64,000 bases of DNA from an uncultured Thermoproteales archaeon. Lineage in GTDB: Archaea; Thermoproteota; Thermoprotei; Thermofilales; B20-G17. Shown here one piece after another: positions 9,163 to 18,989 of the stretch (within the stretch, counting starts at the first letter, position 1; each line of letters starts with the position of its first letter). The stretch covers positions 54,772 through 118,771 of the forward strand of contig CBDUMD010000002.1 of assembly GCA_965368245.1 (NCBI GenBank). Direction: 5' to 3'. The translations under genes were made by a program, and so were the position numbers. The notes beneath the pieces are model-generated. The model searched no databases. It was not told where the DNA came from and saw nothing but the letters and a program-made list of their open reading frames with translations.

Positions 9163-11183
9163 GTGGGGTCAGCACCTTGAATAGTGTAAAAACAGGTACT
9201 AAAAAAGCTTTAACATCCCTTGATGTACGAGCCATTGTAAAGGAGCTTTCTCAAGCTATTACAGGTCTCTATATATCTAATATTTACCAGGTAAATGAAG
9301 TAGTGTTATTTAAGCTTCATAGTTCCTTGAAGGGAACTCTCAGATTGTTGATCATACCGGGTGTAACCCTCCACCTGACAAAATTTGATTTCACTAAACC
9401 ATCCATGCCTCCCCCTTTCTCTAAGACTTTGCGAAGATTGCTTAAACGTGCTATCATAGAAGAGGTTTCACAACTCGATTTCGATAGAATAGTGTTCATC
9501 AAGATTAAAGACGGCGAAAACAAGTCCTACACTGTTGTAGTAGAGCTCATTAGAGAAGGAAATATAATACTTTTAGATGAGGCTGGAAAGATCATCACAG
9601 CCTTATATATGCGGGAGTTCCGCGACCGGGTCGTAAAAAAGGGATTAAAATATATTCCTCCTCCGAGAAGAGGTGAAGACCCCTTTGAGGTATCCTTTCC
9701 GGACGAATTGGACACCGTGGAAAAGCTACGGGACTTTCTGACTTCAGGATGCAGTATCTCACGGGAAACCGTGGAGGAGATCTGCTTTAGGGTTAAAAAA
9801 CTTGTCGAACAGCATGGTCTTTCTGTTAAAAATGCCGTTTTAAAAGTGGTGGATGAATTAAAGAGTATTTTAATGGATGGAAGGTTAAAACCCAATGTAA
9901 TTTATTCTTCAGGCCTTAAAGTAAACGTCCATCCCCTGATCTTCGGTGTCGAAGAGGGTTTGGAAAGAAAATTCTATGCCACTTTCAGCGAGGCTCTTGA
10001 CGAGTATTTCGGTGACGTTCTTAAGGAAAAAATAGAAAGAGACTTTCATGAGGAGGTGAGGTTCACTTCTAGACTGAAGGCTTCCCTAAAAGAGGCTGAA
10101 AAACGGAAGGAGGAGTTTGAGGAAAGGGCTAGGATACTTCGGCAAGTTGCATTCCTCTTATCCTCTAGAATACATGAGGTCGACGAAGTTTTTTCGAAAA
10201 TATATGGAATGATCGAGGAAAAATCCTTTAAAACAGCATGTAGTATGGCAAAGAACTTTTTATCTAGTGTCGGAATAAAGGTCGATAAAATAGAATTTGA
10301 TCCAGCGTTAAAATCGATGAAAATACGGGTTGAGGGAGCCGAAATTGAAGTGGAAAAGGGGGATAGTGGGGGTAAAATAGTTTCAAAAATATTTTCTGAA
10401 GCTAAGAAATACGAGCGTAAAGCTGAGAAGGCCGAGGAAATAATCACGAAAAAACTTTCTAAAACTCATTTAAAGCAACCCGAGCTGTTGAAGAGAAGGA
10501 TGATTGTCAAGGCTGTGAAAAGCCGGAGATGGTACGAGAAGTTCCATTGGTTTTTCTCGAGCGAGGGGATTCTAGTTCTGGGGGGAAGAGACGCTACACA
10601 GAACGAGGTTTTAGTGAAAAGGTATTTGGGAGAGGGGGATATTTTCGTTCATGCGGATATTCATGGGGCCCCGGTGGTGGTTGTAAGGGGTGAATGTAGC
10701 GGAGAAACCCTCTTTGAAGCAGCGGTTTTAACTGCAGTGTACTCTAATGCATGGAAGGCGGGTTTCACGGTAGTGGATGTGTTTTGGGTGTATGGTAGAC
10801 AGGTATCCAAAAGCCCACCGAGTGGACAATACCTTAAAAAGGGGTCTTTCATGATTTATGGTAAAAGAAACTACATTAGACATGTACCATTAAAGTTAGC
10901 CCTAGGGATAATTTTTGAGGAAGAATCCTTTAGGTTGATAGCTGGACCCGTCTCGGCCATTAGTAAAGCTACAGATAATTACATTGTAATCGTACCAGGG
11001 CGAATTGACCGAAGAGTTTTCGCCAGGAAAGTTAAAACTTTCCTTGAAAAGCTTTCACGAGAGAAGGGATACATCCTCGACATTGAACTTCAAGAAATAA
11101 TGGAAAAGCTACCCCCCGGAGACTTAGAGGTTAGAGAGGTTAAAGGTTTATTCGAAGGATTCAGGGTGGGAGATAATGCATAA
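9156..11183 (+). CDS. NFACT-family protein (FbpA/Rqc2/RqcH-like, ribosome quality control)
   Basis: 675 aa with an N-terminal NFACT-N-like region, a central coiled coil, and an NFACT-R/DUF814-like block (WYEKFHWFFSSEGILVLGGRDATQNEVLVKRY...GDIFVHADIHGAPVVVV). The true start may be the in-frame TTG at 9177. Confidence 0.8.
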   Translation: MPCGVSTLNSVKTGTKKALTSLDVRAIVKELSQAITGLYISNIYQVNEVVLFKLHSSLKGTLRLLIIPGVTLHLTKFDFTKPSMPPPFSKTLRRLLKRAIIEEVSQLDFDRIVFIKIKDGENKSYTVVVELIREGNIILLDEAGKIITALYMREFRDRVVKKGLKYIPPPRRGEDPFEVSFPDELDTVEKLRDFLTSGCSISRETVEEICFRVKKLVEQHGLSVKNAVLKVVDELKSILMDGRLKPNVIYSSGLKVNVHPLIFGVEEGLERKFYATFSEALDEYFGDVLKEKIERDFHEEVRFTSRLKASLKEAEKRKEEFEERARILRQVAFLLSSRIHEVDEVFSKIYGMIEEKSFKTACSMAKNFLSSVGIKVDKIEFDPALKSMKIRVEGAEIEVEKGDSGGKIVSKIFSEAKKYERKAEKAEEIITKKLSKTHLKQPELLKRRMIVKAVKSRRWYEKFHWFFSSEGILVLGGRDATQNEVLVKRYLGEGDIFVHADIHGAPVVVVRGECSGETLFEAAVLTAVYSNAWKAGFTVVDVFWVYGRQVSKSPPSGQYLKKGSFMIYGKRNYIRHVPLKLALGIIFEEESFRLIAGPVSAISKATDNYIVIVPGRIDRRVFARKVKTFLEKLSREKGYILDIELQEIMEKLPPGDLEVREVKGLFEGFRVGDNA

Positions 11184-11697
11184 CACGCGTTTTATCGTGG
11201 ATTCTATGCTGGGTGATGTAGCTAAATGGCTTAGGATACTGGGTTATTTTGCTCTATATAGGGCAGACTACGACGATGAAGAGATACTTAGAACAGCGAA
11301 ACAGAAGAATCTTTGGATATTGACGAGGGATAAGCAGCTTGTAGCCAAGGCTAAAAAAATGGGGTTAAAAGCTACATTACTTCCACAAGCTACAAGTATT
11401 GTGGAAACATTGGCGTTCATGTCAAAAAACCTTGGTTTAAAGCTGGAGATAGACTTTGAGAAAACCAGATGCCCTAAATGTAACGGCATACTTGAAAAAC
11501 GGTTTTCCGTGGGGGTTGGTCACGCGGTGCCCGAAAACATCAAGAAAAATTTTCCGGTAGTGTTGGTATGTAAGAGCTGTGGAGCCGTATACTGGCCTGG
11601 TTCCCATTATAGGATGATGCTAAAAATTTTAAGAGAAGCATCCATGTTAAGAAGAGAGAGTGAAGGAGTGGATTATGGTGTCGAGTTTTCTCAGTGA
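11176..11697 (+). CDS. Mut7-C (DUF82) PIN-like RNase domain protein with Zn ribbon
   Basis: N-terminus FIVDSMLGDVAKWLRILGY...ILTRD. C-terminal ribbon CPKCNG...CKSCGAVYWPGSHY. The start overlaps the NFACT stop by 8 nt. Confidence 0.75.
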   Translation: MHNTRFIVDSMLGDVAKWLRILGYFALYRADYDDEEILRTAKQKNLWILTRDKQLVAKAKKMGLKATLLPQATSIVETLAFMSKNLGLKLEIDFEKTRCPKCNGILEKRFSVGVGHAVPENIKKNFPVVLVCKSCGAVYWPGSHYRMMLKILREASMLRRESEGVDYGVEFSQ

Positions 11698-12334
11698 AAG
11701 AGAGGGACAGCTGGTTATAAGAATTATACGAAAGGCTCTAGAAGATTACTTGGAGAAGGGAAGAATTCTCGTGGATTACTCAAATATACCAGCTAAACTC
11801 AACAAGAGAAAAGGAGTTTTCGTAGGTTTCGAAATAATAAAGGATGAAGAGGGGATTAGAACAATAATTCCCAGGGGAAGGCAGGGAACACCCTTCCCCC
11901 GCGAATCCTTAATCCGTACAGCAGTAAGAGCGGCTATAAGTTTGGCGGTAAGGGATCCGAGATATCCTCCACTAACCTTTGAAAACCTATCTTTCTTAAC
12001 TATAGAATTTAGCGTTGTAAATAACATCAAAAAGATAGAAGCCAGGAACCCGGAGGAGCTTTTATCTAAAGTTGAGATAGACCGGAAAAGGGGCGCAAAA
12101 TACGGTCTAATACTTGAGAAAAGACTCTATAGGGAGATTCTGCTTCCACAGATTATAGTTGAAAACAGGTGGGATGCCTTTACCGCGTTAAGCCAACTCT
12201 GTTTTAAAGCCGGATTACCCCTAGATGAATGGAAGAGAGGCGAAGTAACAATCTACGCCATTGAAATGCAGGTTTTCTGCGAACTGGAGCCAGGCGGACG
12301 GGTGCTGGAACGTCAACTTTTCTTCGAGGAGTAG
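11660..12334 (+). CDS. AMMECR1-domain protein (divergent)
   Basis: GVFVGFEI...PRGRQGTPFP...AVRAAISLAVRDPRYPPLTFENL matches the AMMECR1 pattern GvFVt..lRGCIG...DpRFpPl. The likely start is the ATG at 11675. The ORF overlaps the upstream gene. Confidence 0.7.
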   Translation: MKEWIMVSSFLSEREGQLVIRIIRKALEDYLEKGRILVDYSNIPAKLNKRKGVFVGFEIIKDEEGIRTIIPRGRQGTPFPRESLIRTAVRAAISLAVRDPRYPPLTFENLSFLTIEFSVVNNIKKIEARNPEELLSKVEIDRKRGAKYGLILEKRLYREILLPQIIVENRWDAFTALSQLCFKAGLPLDEWKRGEVTIYAIEMQVFCELEPGGRVLERQLFFEE

Positions 12335-12345
12335 GGGGGACAAGC

Positions 12346-13545
12346 ATGCTAGTCTATTTCGCACCTTGTGGGATGGGATTAGGTCATGCTGCACGAACCC
12401 TAGCCATAGCTAAAATGGTGAAAACTAAGGGCCATGAAGTCGTTTTCTCAACCTACGGTGACGCAGTGATGTTCCTCAAAAGTCAAGGGGAACGGGTATT
12501 AGTATCCCATGAAATAACATATGAGGAGGACGATGAAGGGGGAATTGATCTACGTTTGACTATCGCTCGGGGCCCAGGCTCGCTCTACCGTTTTTCAAGA
12601 CAAGTGGCGGCTGAACTCTATTATATGGGCGTCTTTAAACCAGACATAATAGTCTCTGACAGCCGGCTTTCCTCCTCCCTTGCAGCCCTCTTCAGGAGAA
12701 TCCCGTTTATTCTGATATCGAACCAGCTTGTGGTGAAAATACCTGTTAAACGAAAGTTAAGAAGAGGGTTAAAGTTCTTGAAGTCGCTGGCTGAAAGCGT
12801 TTTACTGGAAATCACGATGAACATATGGAGTAGAAGCAAACTTATTTTAATACCGGATTTCCCACCACCCTACACGATATCCCGAGAAAACCTGGCCTTC
12901 GGTGAAGAATATAGTGGAAAGACCGTCCTAATAGGACCACTTATCTCAGTAATGCCTCACGAGCTCCCACCAAGAGAAGCTATACGGAAAAAGATTGGGG
13001 TTGAAAACAGATACTTAATATTTATATCAGTGAGCGGCACTCGAGGCGAGAAAGAAAAAATGTTGGAAAAAATTAAGAGTGTTCTCAAAGAGGCGAATTT
13101 TCCGAAAGAATTCCTCATAATAGTTTCAGCCGGGTGCGCAGAGAAAAAGGATTTAGTCGAGAAGTTGGCGGAGAACGTTATCCTATACTACTGGATCCCG
13201 AACAAATTTGAGTACCTTAAGGCAGCTGATATTTTCATCTCCCATGGAGGACATACCTCCCTTGCAGAAGGTATGTACTACGGCATACCACAGATAATGA
13301 TACCCTCCTTATCCCATACGGAAAGAATGGGGAATTCAAAATCCATAGAAGACATGGGTCTAGGTGTACTTCTACCATTAGAAGAAGTTTCACCTCGAAC
13401 TCTGAAGAAAACGATGGAAGAAGTCCTCAATAACCAACACTACTATACAAGGGCTCAGGAGGTTGCAGAGGAAGTACGTAAAATTAATGCTACAGCTAGA
13501 GCAGCTGAACTAATACTTGAGGTTGCAAATTCGCCCGAATTCTAG
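12346..13545 (+). CDS. glycosyltransferase (UDP-glycosyltransferase/MGT-like, GT1/GT28 fold)
   Basis: 399 aa with N-terminal GMGLGHAARTLAIA and C-terminal ISHGGHTSLAEGMYYGIPQIMIP. Confidence 0.7.
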   Translation: MLVYFAPCGMGLGHAARTLAIAKMVKTKGHEVVFSTYGDAVMFLKSQGERVLVSHEITYEEDDEGGIDLRLTIARGPGSLYRFSRQVAAELYYMGVFKPDIIVSDSRLSSSLAALFRRIPFILISNQLVVKIPVKRKLRRGLKFLKSLAESVLLEITMNIWSRSKLILIPDFPPPYTISRENLAFGEEYSGKTVLIGPLISVMPHELPPREAIRKKIGVENRYLIFISVSGTRGEKEKMLEKIKSVLKEANFPKEFLIIVSAGCAEKKDLVEKLAENVILYYWIPNKFEYLKAADIFISHGGHTSLAEGMYYGIPQIMIPSLSHTERMGNSKSIEDMGLGVLLPLEEVSPRTLKKTMEEVLNNQHYYTRAQEVAEEVRKINATARAAELILEVANSPEF

Positions 13546-13631
13546 GTTTTTATTTTGGTTAAAAGGCGTTCTGTCAAGTTAATTTTATATTAATCCCCTT
13601 ATTCCATTACTCGGCGGCGAGGGGCAGTATT

Positions 13632-13898
13632 ATGCAGGCCACGGAAGGATACATCCTTAACTTCAGGCTAGGAGGTAATAGGCAATACCCTAGAGAGGCT
13701 ATAATCGAGATACTAGGCGTTAAAGAAATGAAGGATGTGTATCCATTTATAAACCGTAAAGTTGTATGGACCACGCCCACAGGAAAAAAGATCATAGGGA
13801 AAATAGTTAAACCCCATGGAAGAAGAGGGAGAGTTATAGCTGTTTTTAGAAAAGGATTGCCGGGGCAAGCTGTGGGAACAAAGGTGAAAATACTATAA
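13632..13898 (+). CDS. rpl35ae: 50S ribosomal protein L35Ae
   Basis: 88 aa. GRKVVWTTPTGKKIIGKIVKPHGRRGRVIAVFRKGLPGQAVG matches the L35Ae signature. Confidence 0.85.
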   Translation: MQATEGYILNFRLGGNRQYPREAIIEILGVKEMKDVYPFINRKVVWTTPTGKKIIGKIVKPHGRRGRVIAVFRKGLPGQAVGTKVKIL

Positions 13899-14042
13899 AT
13901 TCTTTTAAACATATAGATTTATCATTATAATTAATTATAGAACCTTCGGCACGAAGCTGGCCATTTATAAAAGCTTTTAGGATATTATAGGTAACCTTTA
14001 AGACCTTTTAACAGAATAATACTATGTGGTAGAGGGGGTTAA

Positions 14043-15830
14043 ATGAAATACAGTATTCTCGCAGATCTCTTCGAAAGAATAGAAAATACAACTAAGAGGA
14101 TTGAGATGACAGCCCTTTTGGTAGAGCTTTTTAAGAAAACCCCCTCCGATGTAGTCGATCTAGTAGTATATCTCACTCAAGGAAAATTGCGTCCAGACTA
14201 TGAAGGCGTTGAACTGGGCCTAGGAGAAAAATTAGTAATGAGGGCTATAACCCTGGCCTCAGGAGGAAGCCTTAAGGATATAGAGAACATGTATAAAAAA
14301 CTAGGGGATTTAGGTCTAGTAGCCGAACGGGTTTTAGCAACACCGAAAACCGGTAGTATTCTAAGTTTTCTTGGAATCGATGAATCGTCTAGGGAACTCA
14401 CAGTCAAACGAGTATACAATACACTACTTAAAATAGCTAAAGCCTCGGGTGAAGGCGCACAGGATGCGAAGATCTCGCTTTTAACAGGACTGCTTAAAGA
14501 CGCTTCCCCTAAAGAAGCTAAGTACATTGTACGAACTATTATAGGAAAGTTGAGGCTGGGCATAGCAGACATGACAATACTTGACGCCCTTGCAATAGCG
14601 TACGGTGGACTAAAATCTTACAGAGAATATATAGAGAGAGTATATAATATACACCCCGACCTAGGCTACATAGCCAAAGTACTGGCTACTGAAGGTCTCG
14701 ACGGGCTACGTAAAATAAAGATAACTGTAGGCGTCCCCCTTCAACCAATGTTAGCTGAAAGGCTCAATGATCCCACCGAAATCTTAAGTAAAATGAATGG
14801 AGAATGCCTTGCTGAATTCAAATACGATGGAGAAAGGATGCAGATACACAAAAACGGAGATAAGATCCTATTGTTTAGCAGGAGGCTTGAAAACATAACA
14901 AACCATTATCCCGATGTATGTGAAGTGGCTCGAAAGCATATTAAAGCTAAAGAGGCTATTGTGGAAGGTGAAGGTGTAGCAATAAATCCCGATACAGGGG
15001 AAATGCTACCCTTCCAGGAGCTTATGCATAGGAGAAGGAAGTACGGTGTAAAGGAGGCCATGGAAAAATACCCTGTCACAATATTCTTGTTTGATTGCCT
15101 GTATGTTGACGGAGAAGATTTCACCGTTAAACCGTTGCCAGAAAGAAGAAGGAAACTCGAGGAAATAGTGGAAACCGGTGAGGGGATCCAGCTTGCAGAA
15201 GCCAAGTTTATAAAAGATCTAAAAAACCTTGAACTATTTTTCGAGGAAGCCATAACTGAGGGGTGTGAAGGAATAATGTGCAAGTCCATTGGCCCACAAT
15301 CGATATACCAGATGGGAGCACGCGGATGGCTATGGATAAAATACAAGCGTGACTATCGAGGCGAAATGACCGACACAGTCGATTTAGTCGTTGTAGGAGC
15401 CTTCCATGGTAGAGGTAGAAGGGCTGGAACTTATGGGGCATTATTAATGGCCGCCTACAACCCGGAAACCGATACCTTCCAGACGGTCTGTAAGGTCGGT
15501 AGCGGATTCACCGACGAAGATCTGGAAAAGCTACCTGAGATACTTAAACCATACATAATTCCACATAAGCATCCGAGAGTTGAGTCGAAGATGGATGCTG
15601 ATGTATGGCTTGTACCCGCAGTAGTGTTAGAGGTTATAGGTGCAGAGTTAACTTTAAGTCCTCTCCACACATGTGCATACGGGGCTATTAGAGAGGATGC
15701 TGGTTTAGCTATAAGGTTTCCAAGGTTTACAGGAAGATATAGATTCGACAAAAGCCCTGAACAGGCCACCACTATAACCGAGTTAATAGAGATGTTTAAA
15801 GGCCAGAGGAAAAAGCATTTAAAAGGTTAG
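14043..15830 (+). CDS. lig: ATP-dependent DNA ligase
   Basis: 595 aa with the adenylation motif AEFKYDGERMQIH, plus EGIMCK, LWIKYK and DLVVVGA. Confidence 0.95.
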   Translation: MKYSILADLFERIENTTKRIEMTALLVELFKKTPSDVVDLVVYLTQGKLRPDYEGVELGLGEKLVMRAITLASGGSLKDIENMYKKLGDLGLVAERVLATPKTGSILSFLGIDESSRELTVKRVYNTLLKIAKASGEGAQDAKISLLTGLLKDASPKEAKYIVRTIIGKLRLGIADMTILDALAIAYGGLKSYREYIERVYNIHPDLGYIAKVLATEGLDGLRKIKITVGVPLQPMLAERLNDPTEILSKMNGECLAEFKYDGERMQIHKNGDKILLFSRRLENITNHYPDVCEVARKHIKAKEAIVEGEGVAINPDTGEMLPFQELMHRRRKYGVKEAMEKYPVTIFLFDCLYVDGEDFTVKPLPERRRKLEEIVETGEGIQLAEAKFIKDLKNLELFFEEAITEGCEGIMCKSIGPQSIYQMGARGWLWIKYKRDYRGEMTDTVDLVVVGAFHGRGRRAGTYGALLMAAYNPETDTFQTVCKVGSGFTDEDLEKLPEILKPYIIPHKHPRVESKMDADVWLVPAVVLEVIGAELTLSPLHTCAYGAIREDAGLAIRFPRFTGRYRFDKSPEQATTITELIEMFKGQRKKHLKG

Positions 15831-16384
15831 CTCTGTGTCTTTCTCCTAAGAAGATAAGTCTCCATCATCCACCTAAATGCACCTTTGAGCTCCCTTATCC
15901 TCTTATCGTCACGGACGTTCATTATTACAATTTCCTCTAGCATCCCCTTTGAGCTTTGTTTTACTCTATATTTGAATCCCTCCTCCTCCAATATTTCCCC
16001 TGAGGCAGCACGTTCCATATCCTCCTGCTTAAATTTCTCCAAAACATTCATTACAAAAAAGTTTCTAAAAAGCGGGTCGCTAGTGTTTATTGGTTCAAGA
16101 GGACGTAAAATTATCTGGTTTCCTCTATAAACCAGTTTTCCTATGACCTTTCCACCGATTTTCCTGGAGTGTATGTTACTTTCTCTCTCTACCTGTACTG
16201 GTGTCACAGTTTTCTCTGTTTTCTCACGGAGAAGTTGGGAGGCGGGTTTGAAGCTGTCTCTTGCAAGTTGCTGGTCTATAAGTGCTAGCATCTCTCTAAG
16301 AAGCCCTATTTCATCCTCTAGTTCACGGATCTTTTTTTCGAGATAGGACTTCATTTCCGCTAGACGTTTCACTTTATCTTCCAT
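15827..16384 (-). CDS. hypothetical protein with N-terminal coiled coil
   Basis: 185-aa ORF with a heptad-like N-terminus (KRLAEMKSYLEKKIRELEDEIGLLREMLALIDQQL). No catalytic motif. Its stop overlaps the lig stop. Confidence 0.5.
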   Translation of the reverse strand: MEDKVKRLAEMKSYLEKKIRELEDEIGLLREMLALIDQQLARDSFKPASQLLREKTEKTVTPVQVERESNIHSRKIGGKVIGKLVYRGNQIILRPLEPINTSDPLFRNFFVMNVLEKFKQEDMERAASGEILEEEGFKYRVKQSSKGMLEEIVIMNVRDDKRIRELKGAFRWMMETYLLRRKTQS

Positions 16385-16450
16385 TAACCCACCTAAATAT
16401 TATACTTCTCGTTCTCCTTAAATAGTATTAAGGAAACGTGATTAAGGAGG

Positions 16451-17116
16451 GTGTTTACTATGAGGAAAATCAAAGCCGTCATCTTCGACCTGGACCAAAC
16501 CCTAATAAACAGTATTGAAAGGTTTTACGCTGTTTTTATAGATACCCTAAAGCATTTCGGTGGATCAACTATAGGATGGGATGTTTTCATCGAATCTTAT
16601 GCTAAAGATACCCTTAATTCATTTATACCGAGAGGAATTGAAGCTAAGGAATTCTGGGACTATTTTCTAAGTCACTACGATGAATGCGAGGTGAAGAGCA
16701 GGGTTATCGAGGGAGCGGAAGATACTTTGAGGTTTCTGAAACAAAGAGGAGTATACGTTATTGTGGTGACCGGCAGAAAAACCCCACCTAGAAAGGTTAA
16801 GGAAGAGCTTGAGGAACTTGGTTTAGGAAGAATGGTTGACGAAGTCTATACAGCCGAAGAGTTGGATGATATAGCTGTAGACTTTTCTAAAAAACCTCTC
16901 TTAGTCAAGGCGATGAAGAAATTTAAAATAAATCCCGATGAATGCGTTTTTGTAGGTGACTATAAGCCCGACATGAGGGTTGGAAAAGAGCTTGGGGTCT
17001 ATACGATTGGGGTCTTAACGGGGCATGAAACACGGTGTTCGCTTAAAAAAGCTGGTGCCGACATTGTAATCGATAGCATAAAGGATCTGCCAGAACTGTT
17101 AAAAAATTTCCTATAG
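16451..17116 (+). CDS. HAD-superfamily hydrolase
   Basis: Motif I VIFDLDQTL, motif II VVTGR, motif IV VGDYKPD. Confidence 0.8.
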   Translation: MFTMRKIKAVIFDLDQTLINSIERFYAVFIDTLKHFGGSTIGWDVFIESYAKDTLNSFIPRGIEAKEFWDYFLSHYDECEVKSRVIEGAEDTLRFLKQRGVYVIVVTGRKTPPRKVKEELEELGLGRMVDEVYTAEELDDIAVDFSKKPLLVKAMKKFKINPDECVFVGDYKPDMRVGKELGVYTIGVLTGHETRCSLKKAGADIVIDSIKDLPELLKNFL

Positions 17117-17145
17117 TAAAAGCCTTGTGGAGTACTTTATGAGGG

Positions 17146-18087
17146 GTGTTGAAAGTGATAGTTTCCATCGGAAACCTAAACCTTGATGTATATTTCATGG
17201 TGGACGATGTTCCCTCAAGGGGGGCCAGCGTTAAGGCAAAAAAGTTTTATATGACCGGTGGAGGAGCGGCATCGAATTTTGCTGTTGCTGTAGCTAGGCT
17301 GGGGATAGCTTCACGAATAGTAGCTTGCATAGGAGATGATTTCTTAGGCAACATGCTTTTAGACGAACTTAAAAAAGAGGGTGTTAACGTGGATTTTGTG
17401 AAAAGGGTTAGGGAAAGAACGGGAATTGTTGTAATTCTCGTGGATCGTGAAGGGGAGCGTACAATGATAACCTTTAGAGGCGCAAACGCTTTATTGGAGC
17501 CTAAAATGATCGATCTAAAGGCTTTACAAAACGCTAGCTTGCTTCACATAGCCAGCGTTGAAGGTTCTAAAGCATCGGCGATCATAGATCACGTCAAGAA
17601 ATTAGGTTACAGTACATTAGTAAGCTACGATCCAGGAGGTATAGCTATTAAGAAACCAGTAGATGTGGTGGAGGCTGCCCTGAAAGCAGACATTATACTG
17701 CTCAATGAACGGGAATTCGAGGCCATAGAAGAGTATGGTTTCAAATCAACAGGGGATAAAATAGTTGTTATAAAAAGAGGAGATGAAGGGGCCGAGGCGA
17801 TTCATAGATCAAGGAAGATTTTTGTTCGTGCTTTTAAGGTAAAAGTGGTGGATACAACCGGGGCTGGAGACTCTTTTAACGCAGGCTTTCTAGTAAGTTA
17901 TTTAAAGGGATTGACGTTAAGAGAGGCATTGATAGTAGGGAACGCCTGTGGAGCCCTGAAGGTAACTAGGGCCGGGGCTCGAGGATCCCCCAAGTTTAAG
18001 GAGCTGTTTTCTTTCTTAAATGAAAGGGGTTTAAGCGAAACTGCGTCTAAGCTTGATAAACCAATTGCATTGAACCTTAAGAGATAA
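17146..18087 (+). CDS. PfkB-family carbohydrate/nucleoside kinase
   Basis: GGGAASNFAVAVARLG near the N-terminus and the PfkB signature DTTGAGDSFNAGF near the C-terminus. Confidence 0.8.
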   Translation: MLKVIVSIGNLNLDVYFMVDDVPSRGASVKAKKFYMTGGGAASNFAVAVARLGIASRIVACIGDDFLGNMLLDELKKEGVNVDFVKRVRERTGIVVILVDREGERTMITFRGANALLEPKMIDLKALQNASLLHIASVEGSKASAIIDHVKKLGYSTLVSYDPGGIAIKKPVDVVEAALKADIILLNEREFEAIEEYGFKSTGDKIVVIKRGDEGAEAIHRSRKIFVRAFKVKVVDTTGAGDSFNAGFLVSYLKGLTLREALIVGNACGALKVTRAGARGSPKFKELFSFLNERGLSETASKLDKPIALNLKR

Positions 18088-18099
18088 AGTAAATGTATG

Positions 18100-18142
18100 T
18101 TAAAATATGAAGGTTTATCAACTTTGACTTTAAAATATGAAG
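18100..18142 (+). promoter_or_regulatory. duplicated 13-nt A/T box upstream of the KaiC-like gene
   Basis: ttaaaatatgaag occurs at 18100-18112 and again at 18130-18142, exactly 30 nt apart. Each copy contains a TATA-like ttaaaata. The GTG start is at 18154. Confidence 0.35.
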
Positions 18143-18153
18143 TGGGGTAGAAA

Positions 18154-18954
18154 GTGAGTAACCTGGTTGAAAGGATATCGACAGGCATACCTGAAGTTGA
18201 TAAAATGCTAGCTGGAGGAATCCCAAAAGGTTTTCTTGTTGCAGTAGTAGGAGAACCGGGTTGTGGGAAAACAATATTCTGCCTACATTTTATCAACGAA
18301 GGAATAAAAAGAGAAGAAAAAAACATTTTTGTGACTACTGAAGAGAGCAGGGAAAGTATAGTTAAACAGGCGATACAGTTCGGTTTCGACTTTTCAGGGG
18401 CAGTAGAAAAAAGAATACTTGTAATAATAGATGCCCTAATGAGGCCGGCGGAAGACGAGTTTACGCTCGCCAGCCTAGATGTAGAGGAGTTGGTTAAAAA
18501 GGTCATTGAAGTTAAAAGAAGCATGGGTTATGGGCATGCTAGACTTGTTGTAGATTCTCTATCAGCTTTCTGGCTCGATAAACCGGCTATGGCTAGACGA
18601 TATTCTTACTTTGTCAAGAAGGTGCTGTCAAAATGGGGGTTTACAACGTTGGTAACCTCCCAGTATGCTATAACAACATCAGAGGCTTTTGGATTCGGCA
18701 TAGAACATGTGGCTGACGGGATAATAAGATTCAGAAAAGCTGTAAGGGGAGGCATACTACGACGCTACATGATAATAGAGAAGATGAGACAGACGCCGCA
18801 CGACAGGAGAATGTACGAAGTTGATATAGTAGATGGATTGGGTCTGGTCGTTAAGCGTCCAACGATGTTCCGGAAGGAGGATATCTCCCTACCTGAAAGC
18901 GTGGTTAGGCGTATCCGTGAAAGCAAAAAGGAGCGTGAGGAGGAGCTACCATAG
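18154..18954 (+). CDS. KaiC-like RecA-superfamily ATPase (single domain)
   Basis: ISTGIPEVDKMLAGGIPKGFLVAVVGEPGCGKTIFCLHF (Walker A), Walker B LVVDSLSA, and the typical archaeal KaiC-homolog length of 266 aa. Confidence 0.75.
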   Translation: MSNLVERISTGIPEVDKMLAGGIPKGFLVAVVGEPGCGKTIFCLHFINEGIKREEKNIFVTTEESRESIVKQAIQFGFDFSGAVEKRILVIIDALMRPAEDEFTLASLDVEELVKKVIEVKRSMGYGHARLVVDSLSAFWLDKPAMARRYSYFVKKVLSKWGFTTLVTSQYAITTSEAFGFGIEHVADGIIRFRKAVRGGILRRYMIIEKMRQTPHDRRMYEVDIVDGLGLVVKRPTMFRKEDISLPESVVRRIRESKKEREEELP

Positions 18955-18989
18955 GGAAAATAAATATATTTTATTCCTATAGCAAGCTA

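Noticed and set aside
10046-10447. 133-aa ORF antisense to the NFACT coiled-coil region
   Set aside because: Ser-rich antisense translation of a Glu/Lys-rich coiled-coil region is a common artefact.
13607-13912. 101-aa ORF antisense to rpl35ae
   Set aside because: It fully overlaps a clearly recognisable ribosomal protein gene on the other strand.
17898-18524. 208-aa minus-strand ORF spanning the PfkB-kinase 3' end, the intergenic region and the KaiC-like 5' end
   Set aside because: It is antisense to two well-supported genes and crosses their promoter. The product is Ser/Leu/Thr-rich with no motif.
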